64,000 bases of DNA from Octopus sinensis. Its lineage: Eukaryota. The stretch spans positions 26,350,001 to 26,414,000 of the forward strand of contig NC_043013.1 in the NCBI RefSeq assembly GCF_006345805.1, written 5' to 3'. The notes beneath the pieces were generated by a model. The model was not told where the DNA came from. It ran no database searches and saw only the letters and a program-made list of their open reading frames with translations. Numbering within the stretch: position 1 is the stretch's first letter; each line of letters opens with the position of its first letter. Below are positions 12,570 through 25,694 of this stretch, in pieces. A program made the translations under genes and the position numbers.

Positions 12570-13360
12570 ACCTGCTTCAAGGCAGTGAAACATGGGCTGT
12601 GACTGCAGAGGACATGCATAGGCTTGAAAGAAATGAAGCTAGTATGATCCGCTGGATGTGTAATGTCAGTGTGCACACATGACAGAGTGTAAGTGCCCTG
12701 AGAGAAATGCTGGACATAAGAAGCCTCAGATGTGGTGTGCAAGAGAGACGTTTGCACTAGTACGGTCATGAACTGTGGATGGATGAGGAGAGATGTGTGA
12801 AAAAGTTCCACTCCCAAACAGTTGAAGGTATTCGGGGGAGAGGTAGACCCAGGAAGACATGGGATGAGGTGGTCAAGCATGACCTTCAAACGTTGGGCCT
12901 CACAGAGGTAATGACAAAAGACCAAGATCTCTGGAGATATGCTGTGACTGCAAAGACCCGACAAATAATGTGAGTTCATGGCTATTTCCTGCACCAGTTT
13001 TGCATAGCCCCAGCCCATCCAAAGTACCTTGGATTGCAGCAGAATGTCCTACTGTGCTTACCTTGGATCGTAGGGTGACCTGCTGTGCTTGAGGAGACCT
13101 ATTGAGTCAAGTACATCAACATTAAAATAAATATCAAATGGAAATTGTAGTTGTGATACTTGTACCAGTGGCACGTAAAAAGCACCCACTAAACTCACGG
13201 AGTGGTTGGCATTAGGAAGGGCATCCAGCTGTAGAAACACTGCCAGATCAGACTCGAGCCTGGTGCAGCCTCCTGGCTTCCAAGACACCAATCGAACCAT
13301 CCAACCCATGCTAGCATGGAAAACGGACATTAAACGATGATGATGATGATGATGATGATG
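12570..13360 (+). mobile_element. RTE LINE 3' fragment
   Basis: GSETWAVT..; MDEERCVKKFHSQTVEGIRGRGRPRKTWDEVVKHDL; conserved 3' UTR and (GAT)n tail. Same subfamily as 50220-51058. Confidence 0.92.
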
Positions 13361-13703
13361 ACATACACACATATATATATACATATATACATATAAATAT
13401 GTACATACACATATACATATATATACATATAATACATATATATATATATACACGCACACATACATACATACATACATACATATATACATACATATATATA
13501 TATATAGAGAGAGAGAGAGATCGCCACTCTGAGAGTGGTTGGTGCTAGGAAGGGCATCCAGCTGTAGCAGCCATGCCAAATCAGACTGGTGTCTAGTGTA
13601 GCCTTCCAGCTCTCCAGCCCTAGTCAAACCATCCAACCTGTGCCAGTATAGACAACAGACGTTAAATGATGATGATGATGATGCTATATGGAGCATTCTT
13701 ATG

Positions 13704-13805
<102 letters not shown>

Positions 13806-14554
13806 TATATGAATAAACAAACATATATATACTCACAGACATACACATACATATACATAAATATGTACATAAATGAGTAAAAAATAAGTAAATAAATAAA
13901 TGAATAAATAAATAAATAAATAAATAAATAGAAAAAAGAAACAGAATCTAAAGACTGAAATTTACTGGTGAAAGCCATGCTTTTATTTTTACCATATTTC
14001 TCGTCACTTTTGTAACTTAATTTTTGATTTTATTTCAAAGCAGAGGCATTTTGGCAGAAGAGAGAGGAACCATAATATAATGTAAGAGATCTATGTGTGA
14101 CCTGCAATCTAGATTTATCAGTGAGTTTGTCGGTTAGTTGGTCGTGAGAAGTCTGGATGTTGCACCTAGGTTTGCCTGTGATTTGTGAACAAAGTCCAAT
14201 AGACTCAGACTTGATTACAGCAAATTAAATGCTTTATCTCTGGTTGTATGCCAGCAGCATGCTCTTAACTACGGCTACGCACACACACACACACACACAC
14301 CACACACACACATGCACGCACACACACACACACGCACTCGTGCACACTTACACTTACACACACACACATGTACACACATATGCACACATACCCACACACA
14401 TACTCGTGCAAACTCACATATACACATGCACACACACATATGCATGCATATGCACATGCACACATTCACACACACAAACACATGCATGTGTGTGTGTGTG
14501 TTTGTCTGTGTGTGTATCTACAGACAGACAGACATACAAACAGATTAATATATA

Positions 14555-15673
14555 CAGGGTGCATAAGATATTTGAGGACAGATTTATGTTTATAAAAAAT
14601 CAGATAATAACTTTATTTATCAAAAACTACTATGAAGATAAAAATAAACCTTTTCTATAATGTTATTCAATAAAGTTACCTTCAGCTTCAACAATTGCTT
14701 CTATTTGAGATCTAAATCATCTACATGCTCGAATCAAGTGGTCCTGGTTCATTTTGGACATTACTCTGACTATGGCAGCTTTCAAAGAATCTTTGGTGCT
14801 ATGGGCATGTTCATTGACCTCTCTTTCAATGACACTCCACGTTTAATAGTCCAGTGGATTGAGATCTGGCAAATTAGGAGGCCAAATGTTAGGGGTTATG
14901 TGATCGTTAAAATTTTCAGCCATCCATTCCTGTGTAATAGTGCAGAGTCTTACTGAAACACATATGGCCTTCTATTGCATGCACTGTCTATCTAGGGCTT
15001 AACAATCATTTCCAGGACTCAATGTAGGTGGCAGAGTTAACTCTAAGGCCTTGTGGATGGAAGTAAGGAGGCATCACATGTCCTTCATTGCTGACAACCC
15101 CTAAAATCATGACAGTTGCAGGAAATTTTGTATGCATAAGACTCGGAACTTCTGAAGCATTACCATCTGTCATTTCTTCTTTTAATTTTATAATCTTGAT
15201 TGAAGTTTATCTCGTTTGAGAAAAACCAAATCAAATTTTCTTCTGCTGGATTTTTCAGTTTTAGATCTGTTGTTGTGATTTTCTTTTGCTTTTTCTGATA
15301 CATGGAGATCTTTTGCAATTGACCTCATGTACTTTCTGGGATTGTAATCAATGGTCTGTTGAACTTGCTGCATAAATTCAGGTGTTCTGATGATTTCAGA
15401 GCATTTAGAATGCTTTTTATGCTTTGCTACTGGTGATACATTTCCATCTTCAGTCTCTAGCTCCTTGCAAACTTTGTAGATGAAAGATCTGGCAAATTCT
15501 AAGAATCGAGATATTGCTCAGCCTTTTTAACCACAATAACAACATGCCTCTTTATTTCTTGAGTAAGCTGAGGGTCTGCCATTATTATTTTCTGAAAAAA
15601 AGATTATACAGAGTTAGCAAAAAATGTAGCAATGACCCAAAAAAGGTATGTCCTCAAATACCTTAGGCACCCT

Positions 15674-15674
<1 letters not shown>
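14555..15674 (-). mobile_element. Tc1/mariner element of maT (DD37D)-like type, decayed
   Basis: TA-flanked TIRs cagggtgcataagatatttgaggaca / tgtcctcaaataccttaggcaccctg. Minus-strand motifs IWPPNLPDLNPLDY and NPRKYMRSIAKDLHVSE. Confidence 0.88.
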
Positions 15675-15710
<36 letters not shown>

Positions 15711-16966
15711 CACACACACATGCATAAACATATGCACACTCACATATACATACGCACATTCACACGCCCACACACACATGCATATGTGTGTATGTGTGTG
15801 TGTGTATCTACAGACAGACAGATATACAAACAGACAGGTAAACAGACAGACAAATTAATATATACACATGTATACACACACATACACACATATCCCTGCT
15901 CAGCCCTCCCCTCTCATAAAGTCAAGTAAAATCCCTACCCTTATAAACATCAGTTCACCCTGTGGTAATGTTGGTCAGTCTCCCAACTTACTTCTCTCTC
16001 CCACCCCCACCCCACTCTTGCCTGTGCCTCTGGTGTGTTTAAACTTGCTAGCTTCTGATCTCATACTTCTGTATTTCCTATATAACAGCCTGACAATATA
16101 TCTATTCACCATGCTGGTCCTTGAGGATGCATCTACTGATTGCATTTATTGTGTGACATCTTGTGCTGCTGGATATTGAAACCTATGTAGCAGTTGAAAT
16201 AAAGGAGTACCAAGTCAACACCTATTTTCTTTTCTCTTATTATTGCACTGTTCTTTGTATTATGTCATAATCTACCTTGGGATACAATGACCTGTGTGTA
16301 CTAGCAACAGTGGAAAAAATTTCCTTTAAATCACCATGGCTGAACATTTGGCCTTGTGCCAAAAATTTTGGCACAAGGCCAGCAAGTTCAAGAAAGAGGT
16401 AAGTCAATTACATCCCACCGCCCAGTGCTCTACCCCAAAAGAATGCAAGACATCCTTGGCTGAATTCGAACTCAGAATGTAAAGATGAATGAAATGCTGC
16501 AAGGAATTTTGCCCAGCATGCTAACGATTCTGCCAGCTCACCAAGGGCCAAAAACTAAATGGTTTGGCTGACATTGATTGCATGTAATCATATATCATCA
16601 TCATCATTATCATTAAGGTTCACATTCCATGATGACATGGGTAGCTTGACAGAATCCAGCAAGCCAGAGAAGAGTACTGAACTCCAATGTCTACTTTGGC
16701 ACAGTTTCCTAACACCCTCAACTGTACAGAGAGTGCTGGCTGAGACTGACAGGACTGAGGGTTGCCAAGTAATTTTCACAACAGAGGAGGAGGAGGAGGA
16801 GTCTCTTAGTGGGAGGCTGCTTTATGCCTGTTATTGAGAGGGATGAGCTCAGATGTTTTGTTACAGAAGACATACAATTGTGACAGCTTGAGTGTTTTCT
16901 ACTATAGTCCCCGACAGACCAGAATCAGACAGAAACTGAAAGGAGCCCATCAAGTGTGAGTGTGTA

Positions 16967-17012
<46 letters not shown>

Positions 17013-17066
17013 GTTGGTGCATAATTATTGCAGCTTTTTTTTCAACAAATTTTATTCAACAAAAAC

Positions 17067-19148
17067 ATCATCATCATCATCATCATCATTTAGCATCCGT
17101 TTTCCATGCTAGCATGGGTTGGACGGTTTAACTGGGGTCTGTGAAGCCGGAAGGCTTCATCAGGCGCAGTCAGATTTGGCAGTGTTTCTACGGCTGGATG
17201 CCCTTCCTAACGCCAACCACTCCGCGAGTGTAGTGGGTGTTTTTTACGTGCCACCTGCACAGGTGCCAGACAGAGCTGGCACAACGGCCACGAACGGATG
17301 GTGCTTTTACGTGTCCCCGGCACGGGGCCAGCCGAGGCTGGCAACGAACACGAGCGGATGGTGCTTTTACGTGTCACCGACACAGGGCCAGACAGAGCTG
17401 GCAAACAGCCACGAACGGACGGTGCTTTTACGTGTCACCGGCACGGGGGCCAGCCGAGGCTGGCAACGAACACGAACGGATGGTGCTTTCACATGTCACC
17501 GGCACAGGGGCCAGCCGAGGCTGGCAACGAACACGAGTGGATGGTGCTTTTACGTGTCACCGGCACGGGGCCAGACAGAGGGGGCAAACGGCCATGAACG
17601 GACGGTGCTTTTACGTGTCACCAGCACGGGGGCCAGCCGAGGCTGGCAACGAACACGTACGGATGGTGCTTTTACGTATCATCGACACGGGTGCCAGACG
17701 AGGCTGGCAGCGGACGATTGTTCTCACTGGTCTTGCCGGGTCTTCTCACGCACAGCATACTTCCACAGGTCTCGGTCTCTGGTCATTTCCTTGGTGAGAC
17801 CTAGAGTTCGAAGGTCGTGCTTCACCACCTCGACCCAGGTTTTCCTGGGTCTACCTCTTCCACAGGTCCCTCAACTGCCAGGGTGTGGCACTTTTTCACA
17901 CACCTATCTTCGTCCATTCTCGCCACATGACCATACCAGCGCAAACGTCTCTCTTGCACACAACATCTGATGCCTCTTAGGCCCAACTTTTCTCTCAAGG
18001 TACTTACACTATGTCGACTATGAACACTGACATTACACATCCAACGGAGCATACTAGCTTCATTTCTTGCGAGCTTACGTAAATCCTCAGCAGTCACAGC
18101 CCAAGTTTCACTACCATGTAGCATGGCTGTACGTACACATGCATCATACAGTCTGCCTTTTACTTTGAGCGAGAGGCCTTTTGTCACCAGTAGGGGTAAG
18201 AGCTCTCTAAACTTTGCCCAGGCTATTCTTACTCTAGCAGTTATACTTTCAGCACACCCGCCCCCACTACTGACTTGGTCACCTAGGTAGGGGAAACTAT
18301 CAACTACTTCTAGTTTTTCTCCCTGAAACGTGATAGAAGTTGGTCTCTGCATATTTCCAGAGTTTATTGCTCCTGAGCATCTACCACAGATAAAAACTAT
18401 TTTCCTAGTTAGTCTTCCTTTGACATTACTACATCTCTTATGTGTCCATAACTTACATTTGGTGCATCTTATAGAGTTTCTACCTACGCCTTTTCTACAG
18501 ATCGAGCAAGGCCATCTACCTGAAGGCATTTGTGATTGGTCTACCTTCCTACTTATTAGAACTTTGGTTTTGGCTAGGTTGATTCTAAGGCCCTTCGATT
18601 CTAAACCTTGCTTCCACACCTGAAACTTCTCCTCCAGTTCTGATAGAGACTCAGCAATTAGAGCAAGGTCATCAGCATAGAGGAGCTCCCAGGGGCATCC
18701 AGTCTTGAATTCCTCCGTTATTGCCTGGAGGACTATGATAAATAGGAGGGGGCTGAGGACTGAACCTTGGTGAACCCCAACCTCTACCCTGAATTCTTCA
18801 CTGTACTCGGTGCCGACCCTCACCTTACTAGCTGCGTCTCTGTACATGGCTTGTACAGCTCTCACTAACCATTCATCTATCCCTAGTTTCCTCATTGACC
18901 ACCAGATAAGGGATCGGGGGACCCTGTCGAAGGCTTTCTCCATATCAACAAAAGCCAGGTATAGGGGTTTGTCTTTGGCTAGGTATTTCTCCTGCAGCTG
19001 TCTTACAAGGAAAATAGCATCAGTAGTACTTTTCCCTGGCACGAACCCAAACTGCATCTGATCTAAGCTAACTCTCTCTCTAATTTGTTGGGCTATAACC
19101 CTCTCCGTTACCTTCATTACCTGATCTAGTAGCTTGATACCCCTGTAG
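17067..19148 (-). mobile_element. Young 5'-truncated RTE LINE with an almost intact RT ORF
   Basis: ORF 17822-~19148: YRGIKLL..QFGF..AFVDMEKAFDRV..GVHQGSVLSPLLF..LYADD..YLG..HGSETW..RRLRWYGHV. No endonuclease. Frameshift near the C-terminus (VEG|PVEE). Ends in a (GAT)n tail. Confidence 0.96.
17236..17715. repeat. ~60-bp tandem array (8 units) in the RTE 3' UTR
   Basis: Unit gtgcttttacgtgtcaccggcacgggg-ccagccgaggctggc-aacgaacacgaacggatg, plus a gccagacagagctggc variant. Confidence 0.92.
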
Positions 19149-19366
19149 TAACAATAGTAACAATATTTAACAAAAACATCTTTAAATGATGGTCTGACCA
19201 TTTGTCAAGCAAATGGAAAGCAGTAATTGAAGTGGATGATGAATATGCTCCAGAATAATCATTTAAATAATCATTTGAATATTTTTTTGTTACATGTTGT
19301 TATTGTTTTTGTTGAATAAAATTTATTGGAAAAAAACCCGCAATAATTATGCACCAACCCAATATA

Positions 19367-19720
19367 TAAGGGGGAACCAAAAAGAAACTGGAATTTTGCA
19401 ATATGATTTTATTTACTTTGTTTTACACGTTTACACTTTTATCACCTTCTCAGTATTCTCCATCAGAAGCAATGCATTGGTCCAGACACGTTTTCAACTA
19501 TCCAAAGCAGTCCTGGAACTCTTATGAATTGATGCCTTTTAATGCCTCCGTCATTTCTTTCTTCACCTATTCCACATCTACAAAACGTTTTCCTTTAAGG
19601 ATTTTTTTCATTCAGGGTAACAAAAAGAAATCACAGTGAATAGGGAGGATGGGTAAGTGGGGGGTCATGCCATTTTTGGTGAAAAACTGTCTCACACTCA
19701 AGCTGGTGTGAGCTTTGCCA
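19367..19720 (-). mobile_element. Mariner 3' fragment
   Basis: Minus-strand translation resembles CDFFLLP*MKKILKGKRFVDVE..KEMTEALKGI..CLDQCIASDGEY. Confidence 0.7.
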
Positions 19721-22700
19721 CAGGTCAGGATGTTTTCATCTCACCACATCTCACAAATGCTTCAGAGCTGCCAAGTTGGATTTGAACTCAAAACACAGTG
19801 ATTTAAAACATACCTCAAGGCATTTTGTCCAACACACATATATTTCGCTAATTCATCATCAATGAGGCAGATTTGTGAGTGTGTGTGTGTGCATACAGTA
19901 AGCTGTTTTTTGCAGTACATGTGTGTATGCATGCATGGAAGACGTGACTCTGTATGTGTGTGTGTGGTTCATATGTACTTGTAATATCTTGCTGTTGCTG
20001 TTGTTGGCAGATCAAGGCTTAAAGTCATTCCTACCATGACCATTCCATCTCCACTCCACTCCACTCCCAACACCTTGGCATAGTGTACCTCAGGCTACAT
20101 TAACCAATATAACCTTTTTTCTGTAAGGTAGTAGGGTGAGATTTTAGAGAAACCTGGTGGCTATTTCTAGCAGCGAGAACAACCATATAGAACCTTTCTT
20201 GCTGGTGCATACAGTAACATGTGCAAATTGTGTGTGTGTGTGTTGTAACATTTATGTAATGCATGTTTGGAAGATAACATTTGTGTGAAACTGTGGCTGT
20301 ATATGTGTGTATTTATGTACAAGTGTATGTATGTGAGTGTGTGTAATAATATATGTATATGTTAGCATATACATGGTTGTTGTTGACGTCCAGGTCAGAC
20401 CTAATTAAGCAGACATGTGATTAAATGGGTTCCAGTAAATAAGAACCCTTTCTCTCTATCCACACAGAATGTGTTTAGACCACGTTATCTCATATATCTT
20501 TCCTCTCTTTTTTAACAAACTAGGATGTGATTTGGGGATGACATTTTGTCAGATTGATTTATTAATGTCAGTGTTATTTTGGTTTTGTGGGTTTTTATTT
20601 TTACTTTGTGAAAGAAACATTATTTTCCTATTAAAATGAAACTGAATTGTTTAAAAAAAAAGCAAGAACTTTATTTTGTATTAACTTTATTTTCATTTAA
20701 ATAGAAATAAATTGGTGTGTTCAACAACAGAAAGTCCAATAACAAAATGTTCAGCCATGGTGATTTAAAGGAAATTAAGCTGCTATTTCTAGCAGAATGG
20801 ATGGCCATGTAGAGGCTCTTTCCTTGCCTCTAATTAATATGTATGTCTGTAATAGATGGGAGTCTTTGCTGATATATTTGTTAACTTATTTATATCACAA
20901 ACTTGTGAATTGTTGGTTACTGAGTTTCAAAGAGCTTAATGACAAATCCACTGCAATCTGATCACAAGATTGAATAGGGAGTGCCTGCAACTCAGAGCAG
21001 AACAAATATCTCAAGAGATTTTACTTGAAAAGAACTATTTTTATGGTTTTACACACACACACACACACTTCAACACAGATTATATGGTGAAATTCTGCAC
21101 AGTTTTCATCAACTATATTCCATTTGTAAGGTATTACTCAAACTTGGGCATCAAACCATTAATCTGTTAATCATTAATCAACAAAGTTAACATTTTCATT
21201 ACCAATTTAACTTTTCTGTTAACCCTGGAAATCATTATTGGACTGATTAACCTCTATTACATTTAGCCTCTGTTAATTTCAATTCAGTTGAAGTTAATGG
21301 ATTTTACAGTTTTGGCAGTTTTTAAATGTGTTTTTAGAGCAAAAACTGATTTTTTTGTTGTTTTTTTCTATAAAAATTAATGTTAACAGTTTATCTATAA
21401 TTCCCGTTACATTTTTAAAGAATTAACTGATTAACGATTATTGAAGTTAATTCTTTGGTTGATGGATTAATGGTCAACAAAGTTAACTTTTCAATTAATG
21501 GTACCCACCTTTGGTATTACTCAACCTGATATTTTAGTGGAAGGTACTGACAAAAGATGTTGTGAAGTGGGAATGCATGCAGAAGCACGTGATTGCAAAG
21601 TGAACTTCTTGAGCATACAACCATGTCTTGCTTGTGTAGTGTGAGTGTGTGTATACCATATAAACATGTTACACATGTCCCACATAAACATATTACTGCA
21701 CACTTATACTATCCATCTATTCTTGTTGTTGCATAGTGACTTGCATGCTTCAATGACCCTGAGCTATGTGAGCAGATCAAAACTCCTGGCAGGGCTTTCC
21801 ATGCTGGATAGATCAAAGGATAGGGCCCAGACTAATATAGAGCACTTCTTCCCAAAGGTAAAAATGGGTCTGCTTGAGGCTGACACCTTTACCTAAAAAA
21901 ATGCCAAGTCACAGAAGCATCAATGACAAACCAAAACCAAAGAAGACCAGGGAGAGAGAAAGACAGCCTAGAGTCAAGAAGATTGGAGAAATGTCATTGA
22001 TGGCCTTTGCTGCATAAGGAGCGAAGGTTTTACATAAGTAATATTTACAGTATACAAATGTTACTTCTATTCACATGTACCAATCAAAATAAAAGCAAAG
22101 GATGAAGAATAACAAGCAAGCCTTAGTAATGTCTGTGTATCAAAGAACAATATTTGATTACACCATTAGGAATAAACTGACACCAGGAATATGAGTCCTT
22201 TTTGAAAGGTTTTATTGACTTTATTACATAAGATCAATTCATTAATTGTTCCAACAGAAAACTAGTAGTTATGAGCAAGAAAAGAAATATACTTGATGCA
22301 CCAGAAACATGTAATAGGATATAAAACATTATAAGCATGAATTTGAGACAGAAAAAAAGAGAAGTAAAAACTCTAATGGTGAGCTCAGTGTTGTTTTTCT
22401 GTTTTGCATTAATGCCTATCATATCTAATATCATTTTACATCCAAAGTCTGAGCTGGTAATTCATTGAGAAACATGTAAATTCTTTATGGAATATCCAAC
22501 AACTGTGATGGTTGTATTCTTGAGCAAGCTTTATAACTCTCTTTTCCCAGTTGACAACAATTTCTGAAACTGCTTTATACATCACAGAATAGGCATCTAG
22601 GGGTGAAAATAATTGTTGTAATAAAAACTACATCAAAAAATGCTAACACAGATGTGGAACAACAACTACAACAAAACCAAATAAATAAAAATAAAGTTCT

Positions 22701-23375
22701 TTCCCCATAATTAAAGTCTAAAGTTAGTTTACTAAACTTTTTGTTGCTGTTGTTGTTGTTGTTTGGATTAATAGGACTGATCAGTAACTTTGATATTTTT
22801 CTTTCTCTTTTAATTGCAGACATTAAAAGAGTAAATATTTTGATCTTCTTACACGTTAGAAGAATTATAAAACAACCTTAAAAGTACTCATTGTGAGAAT
22901 TATTGTTTCTTCTTGTTCTTGAATACCAACATTTTTCTGTACAGAAACTGGTTCCATTCCAAGAGAGCTGTTATGCAGTCACTCAACCAGCTAGAAATAG
23001 TAGTCAAATCTCTCTCAGGTCAAACCCAACCATTTAAGGAAAAGAACACAGCAATGTACTCCTACAAAAATAAACATCTAAATAAATTACAGAATGACCC
23101 AATATCTTTGATCAGGTCATAGGTCAGCCCATTTATAACTGAGCTGAGGCTAAAAAACAACTGACTTCATCCCAAAGTGTTGTCATTTAACGTCAGCACA
23201 TTAGATATTATGGTTTTAAATAGACAACAGTTGCCAAAAAATGATTGGATGGTCATGGATAGAATGCTTTTGATCATATCATAGATCTACTCAGTGAGGG
23301 GAATTAGCCTAAATAGCAACAACAATTGGTAACATTCCCATTTGCCATTATTTCACTCTGTTAATAACACTAATG

Positions 23376-23409
<34 letters not shown>

Positions 23410-24565
23410 ATATGTGTATATATACATACATGTATATGTCTGTGTCACTGACCTGACTGGCTCCTGTGCTGGGAGCATGTAAAACCCCCCATCTAAACGT
23501 GGCTGATGCCAGTACTGCCTGTCTGGTTCCTATGCCACTGGCGCATAAAAAACATCCACTACACTCTCAGAGTGGTTGGCGTTAGGAAGGGCATCAAGCT
23601 GTAGAAACATTGCCAGATCAGATTGGATTGGAGCCTGGTGCTGCCTCCTGGCTTGCCAGTCCTCATTCAAACCAGTCAGCATTGAAAATGGATGTTATAC
23701 GATGATAATGATGATGACGATGACGATGACGACGATGATGATGATGAGATTATATATATATATATATGTATATGTATACATACATACATATTTGCCATGA
23801 TAGATTGCTAGCCACTACACATTATTCATTTTCTCTCCTTGCTTCTTTCTGTGTTCCTTTCTGTGGAAGAGTGCAGGCTCGAAACGTTAAAGACTTTTTC
23901 ACTTCCCGAGCGTTAAACTAATACATCTGTTTGTTGTCTACACCACCTGTCTTTGTTTTTCGTTTTTGTGTGAATTCTCCCTATATATATATATACATAC
24001 ATACATACACACAAAATAATAATAACAATAAACCTTGGATGAAATTTACAAACACTTAATGCATTGCTACGTGTGTTTCACAAAATCACATGCCTCTTAA
24101 TATCACAGCCCATATTCCTAGGATAATTACAGTGTAGCCCATAGTATCTGTGGGTATTGGGTTGGTCATCTTCATGGATTCATTACTTCAGATGATATAG
24201 CATTAATGGACATTTAATTGAGGGATTCTTGTCTTTCTTTTATTCTTTTATTTGTTTCAGTCAATTTGACTGTGGCCAAGCTGGAGCACTGCCTTTAGTT
24301 GAACAAATTGATCCTAGGACTTATTCTTTGTAAACCTAGTACTTATTCTATCAGTCACTTTTGCCAAACCACTAATTTACAGCGGATGTAAACACACCAA
24401 CATCGGTTGTCAAGTGATGGTGCGGGGACGAACACAGACACACAAACATATACATATATATATATATATAATGAGAGATAATGGTGTCATTGAGACCCAA
24501 AGGTGTCAGGTAATGCTGAATAAGTGCTATAGACAGACCATAGTTAGGTTCCACATTCGGTAATA

Positions 24566-24951
24566 TCTCTCTCTATATAAACGGCAGTTTGTCTGTGTGT
24601 GTTTCTGTGTGTCTGTTAGGTTGTACCCTCACCCTGACCACGGCTTTCAACCGATTCTGATGAAACTTGACACACATATAGCCCAATGTCATAATTCAAA
24701 ACTAACGCAGCGAAAATTTTGAAAAGTTCCCCCAGTTCTGAAAAAAATCGATAAATTCGACATGGGTTCGAGAATCAGAAACACAAACCACAAACTGTCT
24801 AGGGGACGCAACTCCACCTTTTTAACTCTCAAAAATAAATTTACCATAATTTTTTTTCCCATTTTTTTGCTATTTTTTGGCTATAACTCTCTAAAAATGC
24901 TTTATAGTTATTTCCCTTACAAACCCGAGCAACGCCGGGCGATACTGCTAG
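24566..24951 (+). mobile_element. Non-autonomous Helitron (~386 bp)
   Basis: A|TC 5' end, subterminal hairpin cccgagcaacgccggg, 3' CTAG|T, no TSD. CpG-rich relative to its flanks. Confidence 0.82.
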
Positions 24952-25244
24952 TTGCGAATAAAGGGTTCAATGTTGGTTCTGTCAGCATGTGTATATAAGA
25001 ATTTTTTGCATAATAAGACAAAAAACCAAGGCTGTGTAGATATTAGAGCATTTATAGATAGAAGGTTTTATAGCTATTTCTAGGATATTTATTAATATAT
25101 ATATGACAGGCTTCTTTTCAGTATCCTTCAACCAAATCAACTCAAGGCTTTGGTCAGCCCGGGGCTATGGGAGAAGACATTCGCTCAAGGTGCCATGTAG
25201 TGGAACTGAACCCGGAATCATGTCGTAGGTAAGCAAGCTATTTA

Positions 25245-25610
25245 CTGGGTTTTTCCGAAAATCCGCCCATCCATTAGATCGCTCATAGGCGTTTATTTGG
25301 ATGGGCAGTTATTCGAGGTTAAAAGTTGAAACAGAGTTAGTGTTCTTGTTTGCACTATTTAGACATTCATTTGCTATACATCTGTAGATAAATTCAAAGG
25401 ATTTTTATTCCCAATAATGGAGTCGAAAGAAAATGCATCAAAATATATTGAATGATCATATACCATTAGTGAAAAATTGAGTGCTATTAAATTTCCATAT
25501 TACTGCCCATGGGCGCTTAATATAGGTGGACGGTTATTTAAGCCAAAAAATAGTTTTGTAAAATAGAATTTTCCAATTTAAGCCCTGGATGGATTTTCAG
25601 GAAACCCCAG
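25245..25610. mobile_element. TA-targeting MITE inserted in a tRNA-SINE head
   Basis: TIRs ctgggtttttccgaaaatcc / ggattttcaggaaaccccag with TA on both sides. The SINE resumes as ccacacagtcactcc. Confidence 0.8.
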
Positions 25611-25694
25611 TACCACACAGTCACTCCTGTTTATCCCTTTTAATTATTTACCTACTGGCTCAAAATTCATCACTATGCTGCTGGATAAAAATAG

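Larger units (their letters stand above)
17009..19362 (+). mobile_element. Mariner-derived MITE with long TIRs, split by an RTE insertion
   Basis: TIRs ttgggttggtgcataattattgc.. / ..gcaataattatgcaccaacccaa, TA-flanked. Remnant C-terminus LSSKWKAVIEVDDEYAPE* at ~19200-19258. Confidence 0.85.

Noticed and set aside
17119-17970. Repeat/spacer-looking array and 283/186/99-aa repetitive ORFs (CRISPR or repeat protein)
   Set aside because: The 'spacers' are near-identical A/B variants, there are no cas genes, and the array is the 3' UTR of an RTE LINE in eukaryotic DNA.
19149-19201. Start MVRPSFKDVFVKYCYYC of the 459-aa RT ORF
   Set aside because: Comes from the flanking MITE; the LINE is 5'-truncated and not autonomous.
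22575-22823. 82-aa hydrophobic minus-strand ORF
   Set aside because: Low-complexity AT-rich sequence with no homology cues or splice support.
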